Source of the DNA: Octopus bimaculoides
Lineage: Eukaryota
Direction: 5' to 3'
DNA length: 64,000 bases
Assembly: GCF_001194135.2 (NCBI RefSeq)
Contig: NC_068983.1
Coordinates: 86,993,285 to 87,057,284, forward strand
Shown here: piece by piece, positions 39,624-52,590 of the stretch
Position numbering within the stretch: the stretch's first letter is position 1
Layout of the letters: the number at the start of each line of letters is the position of its first letter
Program-made: the position numbers and the translations under genes
Notes under the pieces: generated by a model
Told to the model about the DNA's origin: nothing
Seen by the model: only the letters and a program-made list of their open reading frames with translations
The model's database searches: none

Positions 39624-39832
39624 AAGCTTGGCAGAATCGTTAGCACACTGGGTGAAATGCTTAATGGTATTTCGTCTGCCACTATGTTCTGAGTTCAAAT
39701 TCTGCTGAGGTTGACTTTACCTTTCATCCTTTCGGGGTTGATAAATTAAGTACCAGTCAAGTACTGGGGTCAATGTGTTCGATTGTCCCTTCCCCCCAAT
39801 CCAGGTCTTGTGCCTATAGCAGAAAGGATTAC
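39624..39832 (+). mobile_element. SINE family A
   Basis: Matches 1671-1885, with CpG decay. Confidence 0.85.
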
Positions 39833-40206
39833 GTAACTATGAATAAACATACTAGTCTCCATAATTTCTTGTATCATGTATTATAGTATCTGTGGATTTT
39901 ATCAGTAGTATATCATTTAATGCATAATATGATATAATATAATAAAATATATAATATATTATAATACAATATATATATATATATATATANNNNNNNNNNN
40001 NNNNNNNNNNNNNNNNNNNNNNNNNNNNNNNNNNNNNNNNNNNNNNNNNNNNNNNNNNNNNNNNNNNNNNNNNNNNNNNNNNNNNNNNNNNNNNNNNNNN
40101 NNNNNNNNNNNNNNNNNNNNNNNNNNNNNNNNNNNNNNNNNNNNNNNNNNNNNNNNNNNNNNNNNNNNNNNNNNNNNNNNNNNNNNNNNNNNNNNNNNNN
40201 NNNNNN

Positions 40207-40243
<37 letters not shown>

Positions 40244-41741
40244 CACACACACATTAAGTACAGGACATCACCGACGAGTGAAAAATACATAAACACACAG
40301 AGATAAGTACAGGACAAAATAACTCCTCCAAAGTTGTTGACTGTTTATTACTACCTGTTTCGAGCTTTCAGCAACAAGACGGGAAAACTTCATAAGACAG
40401 CAGCATCCACACATTTTAAATATATATAAAATTTATGGAGAGTTATGGCTTTGAATGAACAAACGACACCAGAGTGGACTTACAGAGCAAACAATCAACG
40501 AAGACAGACATTAAGGGCTGTTAAGCCAAGATGAATTGTAATGGGTAATGCCTGGGAGAAATTTTGAAAGGATATAGAACAAATAGAAGAGAAAAAATAG
40601 TAGAAGAGAAAAAATATTGAGAGGCAAGAGAAATTACATGGGTATGCCTTTCCATGGGTATGTCTAAGTATTTCATTTATTTTCATTTTGTTTTCCTCGT
40701 TGATGAAGGCAGAATCCTTTTTGGATTTCTGTCAGCTTGTTTTCCTCGTTTCGATACATGGTGTAATAATATAAGTGAATATTTTATGTGGTTAGACTAT
40801 TTAGCTTCTATTTTTTCAGCATATTGGCAAATAAAATTTTTCTTTTGCCCTTATTTATAATTGTATTTATAATTTTCACCTTAAAAGGTATTTTTCATAT
40901 ACTGGCCACCGATAAATTTTTTTAATAAACTTTTATCCTTACATTAGTAGTAAATTAATTCTCATTCACTTTGAGACTGGTTAACCACTTGTGTGCATTT
41001 CCTGACTGACTACACTTGTGTCGAGGCTTGCTAAGGAATTTCTATTTGGATATATTTAGAGTATTTAATGTATTCATAATTTTGCATCTGCTTTTCTGTG
41101 GGTATGTTTAAGTATTTCATTTATTTTTATTTTGTGTTCCTCACTGAAGGAAGAATCGTTTTTGAATTAATCCAGAAAATGGAACCAATTCGGGGATAAC
41201 TATATTTTTATGAATTTCTGTTAGCTTGCTATCCACGTTTTGACATGTGGTGTAATAATATAAGTGAATATTTTATGTGGTTAGACGATTTAGTGTCACT
41301 TTTAGGGCACTTGACCATTTAAGAGGATTCCACCAACATCTCACTATTGTCATACCACTCCCACATTCTTCTTCTTCTTCTCCTCCTTTCTCTACTACTA
41401 CTGCTGCTTAAACAATCAAAGACAAGAATTCATATCAAACTAGCTGCTGCTAACTACCTAGAACCCACAAGAGTAAAATATGAGAGGCAGAGACAGCTAG
41501 AAAAAAGGAAAATGCCCCTTGCATTAAAAAACTGGATATTTAAAAAAAAACATTCTATTTAATTTTTCCACAATTTAATTGCTTTTCATGCTTTACTCTT
41601 ACTTGAAAAAGTGACAAAGACTGAAACAGGTACTAAAATTTTCTTCATGATAAAATTATTTTAGCATTTTCNNNNNNNNNNNNNNNNNNNNNNNNNNNNN
41701 NNNNNNNNNNNNNNNNNNNNNNNNNNNNNNNNNNNNNNNNN

Positions 41742-41772
<31 letters not shown>

Positions 41773-41899
41773 TACATACATACACACTCATACATATAAT
41801 ACCCACATGCACATACATATAGATATACACGTGCCTACTTGTTTGTAAGCGAATGCCTGAATATTAATGCCTGCACCCATAGAATACTCAATAAGAGAT

Positions 41900-42300
41900 T
41901 TTGTAATGTTTGCAGTTACTATCACTTTTTATCTTATGCTACTTATCAGCCACTAACTGTTGAAAGAGAAGGATGATAGGGTATTGCTGTTACAGTTGAT
42001 TGAGTTGGGTGTATGATTTTAGTTCTCATTGCTAGATAGTTTTGATAGGTTTAATCAGCTATGTTTTTTGAAGTTGTATGATATAATATTTTTATTCTGT
42101 GTTTGTTTGTGATACTTGTCGTTAAATATCTTTGAAGGATTTTGAAGACTAAACTGGTTATTGGTGTTGAAACTTTTATATTGAAGTTGGAATTGAAATG
42201 TGTCTTTCTGTTCCTGCTTTTGTGTTGCTTGTTTATTGTTGATCTGTCTCGTCCCTTTTATGTTCATACAGTTGCTCATACATTCAGGCAAAGAAGACAT
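41900..42300 (-). mobile_element. Possible Penelope-like RT/linker remnant
   Basis: KHRIKILYHTTSKNIA and NCNSN resemble the linker preceding the PLE endonuclease. Heavily degenerate. Confidence 0.35.
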
Positions 42301-42548
42301 ATACATCCTCAAACACAATAAAAATAAAGGTGTGTATGTATGTGTTTATATATAGCTATAGAAGTATATATAGGTATAAGTGATTACGTTTTTGAAGATA
42401 AGCATACATAAGTTATTGTGAGTGTATGGTCGATGTATATGTATATGTATTCAGCATGTATATATCACCTGTATGCCTTCTATGATGGAAGAGACACACA
42501 GTTGAACAAATGTGAGACATATGTACATGTGTATGTATATATGTAGAT

Positions 42549-42762
42549 TTATTCTTTTACTTGTTTCAGTCATTTGACTGCAGCTGTGTTGGAGCACCAC
42601 CTTAAAGGTTTTAGTTGGAGAAATTGACCTCAAGACTTGTTCTTTGTAAGCCTAGAACTTATTCTATTGGTCTCTTTTTACGAGGGACATAAGCACACCA
42701 GCGTCGGTTGTCAAGTGATGGCAGGGGGATGAACACAGACACACATAAATATATACATATAC

Positions 42763-42793
<31 letters not shown>

Positions 42794-44005
42794 NNNNNNN
42801 NNNATATATATTTCAAATGCTAAAAGGCAAATTCACTGTGGTTACCATGGAGAAAATTTTCTCTTATGGTAAAAAGGTGTAAAAACACCCTATCTGTTCA
42901 GTGTTGCCATTTATCAGGATTGCCAGGCATCAATGTTTCTAGCTCCATAGCCATAATTAATGGGACATGCTTAAAAGATGCAACCTTATTAAAGCTAAAT
43001 CTTTAACAAGAATACAGTCAACAACATTGCTTATTTGCACCAGTAGACCATCAGGTCATGAAAATTACCATAATATTAATGCCAAGCAGTGTTTAGGAAT
43101 AAGCAAAGTTTAAATTAGTTAAAGCAGTTTGTGACATATTACAACTGTTAAAGAGCATATTCACTGTAGTTATCACGAAGAAAATTTTCTCTTACAGTAA
43201 AAGGGTGTAAAAACGCCATATCTGTCCAGGTATAAACTATGCTTATGCCTAAACACTGCTTGGCACTAATATTACATAATATATATATATATATATATAC
43301 ACACACGTATACATATATACACATGCATAAATACATTGATATATACATACTTACATGCATGCACACACCCACATGCATCATTTCTATGTGTAAAAAAAGC
43401 TCCCTAAAAATGCTTGGTAACATTGATCAAAATATCTTCAATATATACACACCTATATTACATTACATAAGAGATTTTTTACATTGGTACACTCACTCGC
43501 ATGTTTTAGGATGGGGTGATAAGAAAATTGAATTAAACTAGAGCATATTTGAGCAGTCAAAGAAGGATCAAAAGCGAAGTTGAGTTGAACAGAATTTGAA
43601 CGCAGATAGTAAAGAAGGTATTAAATACATACAGTAAATTAGGCTCAGGCGAAGCTATTATGGAAAGAACCGGGTTCAACCCAACTGCTTGGTATCTTGT
43701 ATAGGTGCTATTATTGTCCCGGGCTGACCAAAGCCTTGGGAGTGGATTTGGCAGACGGTAATTGAAAGAAGCTCGTGATATGTACGTACATACATACAAT
43801 TATGTATATATCTGTGTGTGTGTGTCTTTGTGTTTGTCTCCCACCACTGCTTGACAACAGGTGTTGGTTTATCTATGTCCCCATGGCCGTTAGGCAAAAA
43901 CAAATCGACCAAATAAACTTTAAAAAATAAGTATTGGGTTCGATTAAAGACGGTGTCCCAACACAGCTGCAGTGCAATAACTGCAACAAGTAAAAATAAA
44001 AGATA
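42549..44005. mobile_element. SINE family D copies at 42549-42745 (-) and 43665-44005 (+)
   Basis: Shared cttttacttgtttcagtcatt tail and ggttgtcaagtg body. Confidence 0.75.
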
Positions 44006-46401
44006 AATTATTTTATACGGCACTTTACTATTGTAATGTTTTCTAATTACTGTTACAAACAACTAATAGGTTTCAGGTTAAATCTCTTAGAGTTATCCCC
44101 CGTGGACCATATATAATGAAACTAGATTTAGAGTTATGGGCCTTCACGATAAGATTCACTAAAAAAAATATTTTATACGAATTAGAGAATATGTACAAGG
44201 GAGGTAATCCTAGCACTAAGTAATAAAATTACATATTCATCAGTTTGTTTGTAAATGAGAATTTAGGCGGGAAAACAGACAAGGGAGGCAACTCGCTGCA
44301 ACAGGTAATCGTCGATTCAATATATAAAATAAGTTTATACAGTAGTAAGTACTGCATACGAAAAACACTTATCCTTAACTTGTTTCTGTCATTGGATTCC
44401 GGAATTCCGGAAGGAGCTTCGTGAGACCACTACTGAGAAAAAAAAGAAAAGCCGTCGGAAAACAGTTTATAGCAGAGACTCCATCTAAGAATATCTGAAG
44501 AAGGAATTGTATTCTGAAATATCATCGGACTATGGATAACTAAATTACAACAGGTATATAGTCCATTTTTTGTATTATAGTGCATTGTTGTACCATTCAA
44601 AACTTTTTATTCTTTATAATAAAATAAGTTTTAATATTCAAATTTTAATTTTAGCTGCAATATTTTAAGTAAAATATTTCTTATTCTTTACCAGAATTAA
44701 TAGCTTGTCCTATACATTTACAGGTGCAATAACTTGTCATGTACTTTTCAAGGTTTATAATCTTAAGAATATTACTTTTCATGCTTGCATTTTTCAATGT
44801 AATCCACGATTTTTCCAGGCATTGCTGTTATAGGATAATTAATAATGTGTCAATAATTTTAAGATTTTACCTTATAAAATACTGAAAGATAATATTTCAA
44901 TTTTTCCATGTAAGTGATGATAATATTTCAATTTTTCTCATGTTTAATTTAAATATATGTTGTGATTGAACTATTTGATATTACCCATCCACACCAAATT
45001 AATGGCAGGGATTTTTACCATGTTGTTGGTTGCACCATGGCTCACCTTAAGTAACCTAATTTTACAATATCAGGTTACAGGAATTCATTCAATGGAAAAA
45101 AAAAAAAATTCCAATGATTCCGNNNNNNNNNNNNNNNNNNNNNNNNNNNNNNNNNNNNNNNNNNNNNNNNNNNNNNNNNNNNNNNNNNNNNNCCTTCCTT
45201 TTTTTCCGAACCAAAAGAAGGGATTTGTAGCATATTAGGAAGTCATGGTAATTGATTCCATGCAAAAAATCCAATTTTTTGTTTTTTTCTTAGTGAAAAT
45301 CGTGTGGGTGTTAATATAGAAATTTACCATGATGTTGTTATTTAGCCTTAAATCAACCCTGGTACTGCAAACCTATCATCAAAGACATTCCAGGCTTCAG
45401 CAAACCGTCTTTTTAAGGATAATCTAGGACATTTTGTATAATGGGCATGTGATTTAGGTAGGGGGATACTTTGGCTGCTATTTTTAGTGTGTCAAGTGAC
45501 CAGATAGAGGCTCTTTCATTGGTTTGATTGCGTGATGAGATTTTTTTACACATATTTGTAATATGTATATATATCATTGGCAGAAGTTAGAGAGTTAGTC
45601 AAAAGCTGAGAGTTTCGTGTATTGGCACTTATCAAACACGAATTTGTCCATTGTCACTCTGTAACTTCTAAAATACAAAATTTTGTCAAAAACGTTAAGA
45701 GTAAACCCTGTTCTATGTGACACATTGTACCAGTATCAGAAGTTTCAAAGTGTTTAAGTTAAAAAAAATTAATGAAATAATATGTACATCAAATTGAAAA
45801 GATCCGAAAAGTTGATAAAGTTGACCTCGGTGGAATTTGAACTCGGACGAAATACTGCTGAACATTTCACCCAGTACGCTAACGTTTCTGTCAGCTCGCC
45901 ATCTCAGAATGTAAACATTCATTTTAGAAATATATTCTTATTGCTTCGGGCATTACTCCCTTACTTACTTATTTTCCATTTCATGACATTTTACCTCATA
46001 ACTCTTTTTCTACTAATTTTTGTTCAATGTGACTAATGATTCTGAATTCCTCATGCATTTTTCTATCATTTAAGCCTAAGAAAAGTATACTTTCATTTTA
46101 TAATTAAAAAATTTATGTTAATTGAAGATGAATATCTGCCTTACTGCCCACCTTGTGGTCTCACATATTTTGATGTAACTTTTTTTCTACTGAACCAAAT
46201 CTCAAACTATTTATGCCAAAGTCTAGCTGAGGAGGTGTCCTCTTTAAAACTATTGACAGTTTGCAATTTAGTTGAGAACTGAATTAGTGGTGAAGCTTGG
46301 AAGCTGCTGTGGTTGATGAAATGGTGGACTTAAGAATATATTCAACCACTACCATGGTTGAACAATACATACTTGCCTCAGTATACATACATATATATAT
46401 A

Positions 46402-46808
46402 TTTATTCTTTTACTTGTTTCAGTCATTTGACTGTGGCCATACTGAAGTACCACCTTGATGGATTTTAGTCGAACAAATTAACCCCCAGGACTTTTTTTT
46501 TTAAAGCCTAATATTCTAGCAGTTTGTTTTACCAAACTGCTAAGTTACAGGGACATAAACACACCAACGTCAATTGCTAAGCGGTGGTGGTGGGGGGACT
46601 ATAAACACAGACACAAAGGCACACACATAGATATATACACATATATGTGACAGGCTTCTTTCAGTTTCCTTCTACCAAATCCACTCATAATGCTTTGGTT
46701 GGCCTGAGGCTTTAGTAGAAGACTCTTGCCCAAGGTGCCATGCAGTCAGTCTGAACTGGGAACCATGTGGTGGGGAAGCAAGGTTCTTACCACACAGCCA
46801 TGCCTGTG
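46402..46808 (-). mobile_element. SINE family D, near full length
   Basis: Reverse complement of 23283-23722. Confidence 0.85.
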
Positions 46809-47620
46809 CCAATATATATGTATATTAATTAACAGTCATGAATGCGAAAGCTGTTTGGATCATTTTATCTAAACAAGAACACAAGATTTCCACATTCATA
46901 TTTGAAGTTTTGCATTTCTGCAGTCTTGTTTGCATTTCATTCATTCCTTAACTAGATGGGCATATAACAACATGGTAGTTGACACTCAAGATCTTTAGTG
47001 AGACACAACCTTATCTATCAATGTACCTGATGAAACCCAGACTGCAAAATTGATGCAGCACAACATGCTGAATAGAGTCCCACACAGAGAACAATAGCAG
47101 GATGGGTTAAAACAAACATTGTAAAGAATAAAGTTTAATACCAAATCCATCTTCTCGTTACTTAATTAATATAATTTCCCCAACTGACACTGCAGAGTTC
47201 CTGAAGTAGATCAATGGAAGTATAGCATGACTGTGGATGACAATAGGTCGCCTAAACTGTGCTGGTGCTCTACTCAACATTTAGATACACTAATCGACTT
47301 ATACCTATTAGTCACAAATATTAATTATATATATGTATATATATGGTTGATGTCATAAGAATTTATTAACTTATGAGTGAATGTGAAGCTCATCAAGGTT
47401 TTCTTGCTCTTTTGAAAGCTTAAATTATTGACTTCAACAACATACGATTCTTGCTGGTAAGAATAAAGTTTCTAAAATGGATAGAGGCATTCAAAAGATT
47501 GGTTTGGCTCAATGGTAGAACACCTGCCATGTCCATGGAAGATATGGGGTTGAAGTTGCAGGGGCAGCCTTTGACTTTTTCTATCCAAAAGAGGGTTTGC
47601 AACCCAATATTGATTAGCTG

Positions 47621-47676
<56 letters not shown>

Positions 47677-47834
47677 GTACATACATACTTACATATACAT
47701 GTTTATTTCTTTTACTATTTATTTGTTTCAGTCATTGGACTGTGGCAATGCAAGGTCACCACCTTGAAAAATTTAGTTGAAAATATCTATCCCAGAACTT
47801 ATGTGTAAGTTTGGTACTTGTTTATTATATATGT

Positions 47835-48165
47835 ACATGGCTCAGTGGTTAGAGCATTGGTTCACAATCACGAGGTAGTGAGTTTGATTCCCAGGCTGAG
47901 CTGTGTGGTGTGTTCTTGAGTAAGACACTTTATTTCACATTGCTCCAGTTCACTCAGTAGTAGAAATTAGTTGTGACGTCACTGGTGCCAAGCTGTATCA
48001 GTCTTTGCCTTTCCCTTGGATAACATTAGTCGTGTGAAGAAGGGAGGCTTGGTCTGCATGGGCTACTGCTGGCCTTCTACACACACAAGCTTGCCCAGAC
48101 TTGTGCCTCAGAGGGGAACTTTCTAGGTGCAATCCCATGGTCATTCATGACTGAAGGGGGTTTTT
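47835..48165 (+). mobile_element. tRNA-derived SINE with CORE-like middle and a distinct 3' tail
   Basis: catggctcagtggttagagc...gagtttgattccc head, tgtgttcttgagtaagacac middle, gtgcaatcccatggtcattcatgactgaaggggg tail. Confidence 0.7.
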
Positions 48166-48372
48166 ACCCTTTACATACACTTATACATTAGCATATTCAC
48201 TTGGGTAGTTTAATATAAATGTCACTCTCCAATTTCTTTTTTGATGCTTGACAGGACAGTGAACAATCTCTTGATAAATCTTACACATATAAAAGGAAGC
48301 AATTTCAACATCACTGCACTTCACACATGGACATCCCAACATTGCTGGAAACCAATATAATATAAAACATAA

Positions 48373-48590
48373 GGCGCTGAGCTGACAGAATCGTTAGTGT
48401 GGCAGGCAAAATGCTTAGCAGCATTTTGTTTGTTTTTACATTGCAAGTTCAAATTCTGCCAAGATCGATTTTGTCTGTCATCTTTTCAGGGTCAATAAAA
48501 TAAGTACCACTTGAACACTGGGGTTGATGTAATCAATTTATACTCTCTCCTGAAATTGCTGGCCTGGTGCCAACATTTGAAACTAATGTA
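48373..48590 (+). mobile_element. SINE family A
   Basis: Matches 1671-1885, degenerate. Confidence 0.8.
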
Positions 48591-49479
48591 ATATAAAAGA
48601 TCACAAAAAAACAAACAAACAAGCTGCATATGTTTTATGTAGCAATGTGCTTGATATAATTATGTTTTGTATAAGTTGATGCCTTTCTACCAGCCCTATC
48701 ACATTCCAAATTCCACACAAGCATATACACAGGCACATGCTCACAGTTAACTGTTCTAACATTTAAATACAAACACACACATGCACACATTTATATACAC
48801 CAGTGCCCTGTAACTGGTGTGCAATGAGATGATGCTAGGTGTGCTGCAGTGTAACCTGAATATAATTTATTTCCCCAAACTTTTAGTTATATTTTTATTT
48901 CAGGTGTGCTGCCGAATTCTGAAAAGAATATAAGTGTACCACAAATGAAAACAGGTTGCGGAGCACTGATATACATCACACTTAACCACTATCTCCCCAC
49001 TCTTGATGCAATCGTGAATATATATCCTCTCATGTCTAAATCACCACACCAACTCAAAAAGACAACAATAAGCAAGTCAAACACTTAATATACTCTAACC
49101 CACCTACATATTGCTAAAGTAACCTACATTTTTTAATTTTTAATGTTACATCAGACTGTTTGGAAGCCATGCAAGAGAGAAGACAAGATTATTTCAGGAC
49201 TTTATTCTGTAAATCCAAGAAAGATTTTGAGATAATTATTATTGCTACACATTAACCCTTTTGATACAAATTTACCTGAGACAGCCTCTAGTTCTATTAT
49301 ACAAGTTCCCCCTTTTTAAAGTGATCTAAATGAAAAAAATTTCATATTAATTTATGTTCCAAATACCAACTTAAAAATGAAAACGGTCATTTTACTACAT
49401 TCTTTATTATTTTCAAAATTAAACTGAAACAAAGTCTGTGTATTTCTGTTGAAATACAGTCTTTGTTGGTAATAAAATA

Positions 49480-49830
49480 ATAGTGTTTGCAGTTTTGATG
49501 GTCTCAAGACAGTTGATGGCATTCTATATACATTATTACAAAGTTACAAATCAAAAGAGAATGATGATGAAAGGAGAAGATGCTTGGCAGAAGCAGTTGT
49601 TTCTCAATTACCTGCACAACTCAAGAAATCATATGCTTTAATGTATTTCAATACACTGAATGACACTGCAGCATTGTACAATTAATTTGAAGATAGTCTC
49701 ATCAAAGACTACAAGAACAAGTACTAGAGAAGTTGCTGTTCAGATAATTGAATGAGATATAGATTTAATTCTCTCTTTTTATGGTTTAAACTGTCTTAAT
49801 TCCCACTGCAAAATAGCATTAATAACCCTC
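49480..49830 (+). mobile_element. Helitron RepHel internal fragment
   Basis: Reads CSFDGLKTVDGILY...ENDDERRRCLAEAVVSQLPAQLKKSYA...ALYN.FEDSLIKDY, resembling the Rep-helicase linker. Confidence 0.7.
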
Positions 49831-49880
49831 TCATACCGGTACATTTTCAACGACCCATACAGTGCAGATTGTATATATAA

Positions 49881-50097
49881 CCCTTTTGATAACAACTAAC
49901 CTGAAACCACCCTTGGTTCTATGATATAAACTTCCTGTTATAAAGTTATCTAAATTAAAACTATAAAAGATTTCATGTGCATTTATGTTTCAAAGGCTAG
50001 CTTAATAATGACAAAAGTATTTTACTAAATTCTTCATCATTTTCAAAATTAATTGAACCAAAGGTCATGTTTCAACAGAAATATAGTAACAGAAGGG
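49881..50097. mobile_element. piggyBac-like MITE, with a truncated second copy at 49256-49460
   Basis: Termini cccttttg / agaaggg flanked by ataa / ttaa. The upstream copy begins ttaa-cccttttgatac. Confidence 0.65.
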
Positions 50098-52361
50098 TTA
50101 ATGGAATTAACTTCAGCCTATGTGTTCATACATACAAGTGTGTCCAAACATACACATATAAACATACATGCATATCTAACACCATTTCTTCTTGTGTTGT
50201 TTTAAAGCTACTTCTAAATATTATGTCAAAGAAAAATTCATGAACAACATAAGTTTTATTTATTTATTTATTATAGTCCCTGGAGGAAGGACAATATCAA
50301 TGACCTTTGTTAGACCTTCCCAGGCAGTCGATATTTAGTATGAACTTCACAACACAGACATCCTTTACAAAAATGTAAGAAGGACTAGATTTTGGAGGGT
50401 TATGGTTTCAGGAAGATACAACTGGATACAGCAGAGTTTGAAGGTGTGTGAGGCAAAGGAGGGCTGATGAATCAATGAGACATGGATGTACTGGGAAGGT
50501 GTGGAAAGAACAACCGTATGTCTGTAAGCTCGTAAGCTAATAGTTTTTGTTGTTGCTTAGCCTTCAAATGGATTCTAATTGAGCAGATCAATGATCAAAA
50601 GCATTCCAGTTATGACCATCTTGTTTTTTTCTTACGTGTAGGGAACTTGGGACTACATTATCCAATGTGTCCTTCCTTTAAGATTGTAGAGAAATTTGGA
50701 GGGCTTTTTAGGTTGTTGTATCTAGCAGATTGAGTAATCATGTAGAAGCTCCCTTGTAGGCTGGAGAGTCAAAGGATGTAGCATGTTGGAGAGTGAATCT
50801 TTGTCAATTAACCAAATGATCTTGTTTTCATGATAAATGGTGTTTGTTTATGCAGCAGTGGCAGCAGCGGCAGCATTATCCCCAAAATGTGAGCAATTTT
50901 CCAAAGTGGGATAACTCCTGTGCTTTGTAGAAAGTCACTAACTGATCAAAATATTTTCTCAATTACAATGTTATATATGTGAGGTTATGATGACAGATCA
51001 TCAAACAGTGAGGATGAGAATTTGTGGTAAACTCAAGGGTTTTAGTTGTATGTTGTTCATTACTATTTTCTTGATATGAGTAACAATTGTGTTTGGGCAG
51101 TTGAAAAGGACTGGAGTTGTTACATTACAAGTGAAGGATATGCTTGCTTAGAACAGGTTCTATAACACTGTCATAAAATTTGACAGAATGGGATAGATAC
51201 ATATGCATAAAAGGAAAGATGTAACTACATGAGCTGGCTCCGGAGTGCACTGAGACTAAAGCAAGTGACATTATCAGAACCAATCATCCCTTGTGTTGGA
51301 ACAAGCAAGAATCTTTGCCCTTGGTAACTATATTTACAAAGTTGTGAGACAGATGAAACAGTTGACATGATTGTGGGATTGGCATTTACATGTGAGACAG
51401 ATAAAGTAGGAAAGAAAAGAGAGTTTGGGAAGAATTGTTTTGTGTAGAGAGGAACTAGAAGCACAATGGCCAGCAAAAATGGGGGAGTTTATCAGCAGGA
51501 GTGCTACCTGCTACTTACATACCATAGGCAATATTCTGTTTCCATGTAACACAGCTGTAAATGAACCCTTGAAATTTGCCTGGCTTGTAGGCCTTGTGGG
51601 AGGGCTGTGGAAAAGGATGTTTTTCGTCAGGTGTCTCAGCTAGGTCAGCAGTGAAATACATTTACTGACAAGGAGAGTCATCATAGAACTGATGGAACTC
51701 TGACTAGTTAACCATGGGACCCCTGAGTTAGAGGATTGATGTGTGGTATAAAAATGTGAGGTGTATTTGCCCTAATTAAGCTGTGGTCAGCCAATCCAAT
51801 GGAATCAGATATGACTAAATAATGGATTGAATTGGAGGTGAGAAAAAGACTGGAGTTTTGGAGTTTTCCTTTAGTGAATATATAACCAGGTGAGGGCAAT
51901 AATTAATGCTGACAGTTCAGAGAAGCACATTCAATTAAAAACAATACATTTTCCAATATATTTGGACAAAAAATAATATATCATATAAAATTTAAATGCC
52001 AACCAGTTGAAAGTATATATGCAAAAAAAGAGTATGAAAGTCTTTGAATAAATGTACTCAAAATATCAGTTTTAAAGCTTTTCTGGTAAAAAAATAATTT
52101 TCTTGGAGTAAGAAAATAATGCAAAAAATACAACCTAAAAACATATAAATAAAGTTTCAAGATAGCATTAGATGAGCACATCTAATTAATAAGAAAGAAT
52201 ATGTAACAAAGTTCCTTTGAAATAACATTAAATAGGTGAGACACAAATCAATTTGCAAGTCAATAACACAGTAAAATATTCACCGTATTTGGTAATTAAG
52301 CAACACAATATACAGGAAAATAGGCTTCTTTTCTGATAAACATATCAAACAATAAATGCAA

Positions 52362-52493
52362 TCAGTTGTTAATCTTGTTTTTATAAGCCCTTATAGCTTG
52401 CAGTCGAAAGCTAATGTCTTTTTGTATTTCCATTAAAGAACTTTCATCCAATTCCTTGATAAGTTCGAAGACAGCTTGAAGGATATGATTGTT
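52362..52493 (-). CDS. Putative terminal coding exon (E10) of an unidentified multi-exon gene
   Basis: Acceptor tgcttgtttctctttcag. Reads NNHILQAVFELIKELDESSLMEIQKDISFRLQAIRAYKNKINN*, followed by a T-rich UTR-like tract. Confidence 0.65.
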   Translation of the reverse strand, partial: NNHILQAVFELIKELDESSLMEIQKDISFRLQAIRAYKNKINN

Positions 52494-52559
52494 CTGAAAG
52501 AGAAACAAGCATTTCAAATTGTATTTCATCAGCAAATTAAAAGAGTTTATATTTCTTAC

Positions 52560-52590
52560 CTTCAAGTTGTTTTGTAAGACTGCTGAATAT
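52560..52590 (-). CDS. Putative 31-nt exon E9
   Basis: tattttcag|...AAG|gtaaga with a 66-nt intron to E10. Reads (R)YSAVLQNNLK. Confidence 0.65.

Noticed and set aside
47490-47530. ggctcaatggtagaacacctgcc, tRNA-like
   Set aside because: No acceptor stem, T arm or B box.
48880-49088. Plus-strand acceptor with a 60-aa ORF
   Set aside because: It lies in hAT-MITE-like gtgtgc..c sequence and has no credible donor.
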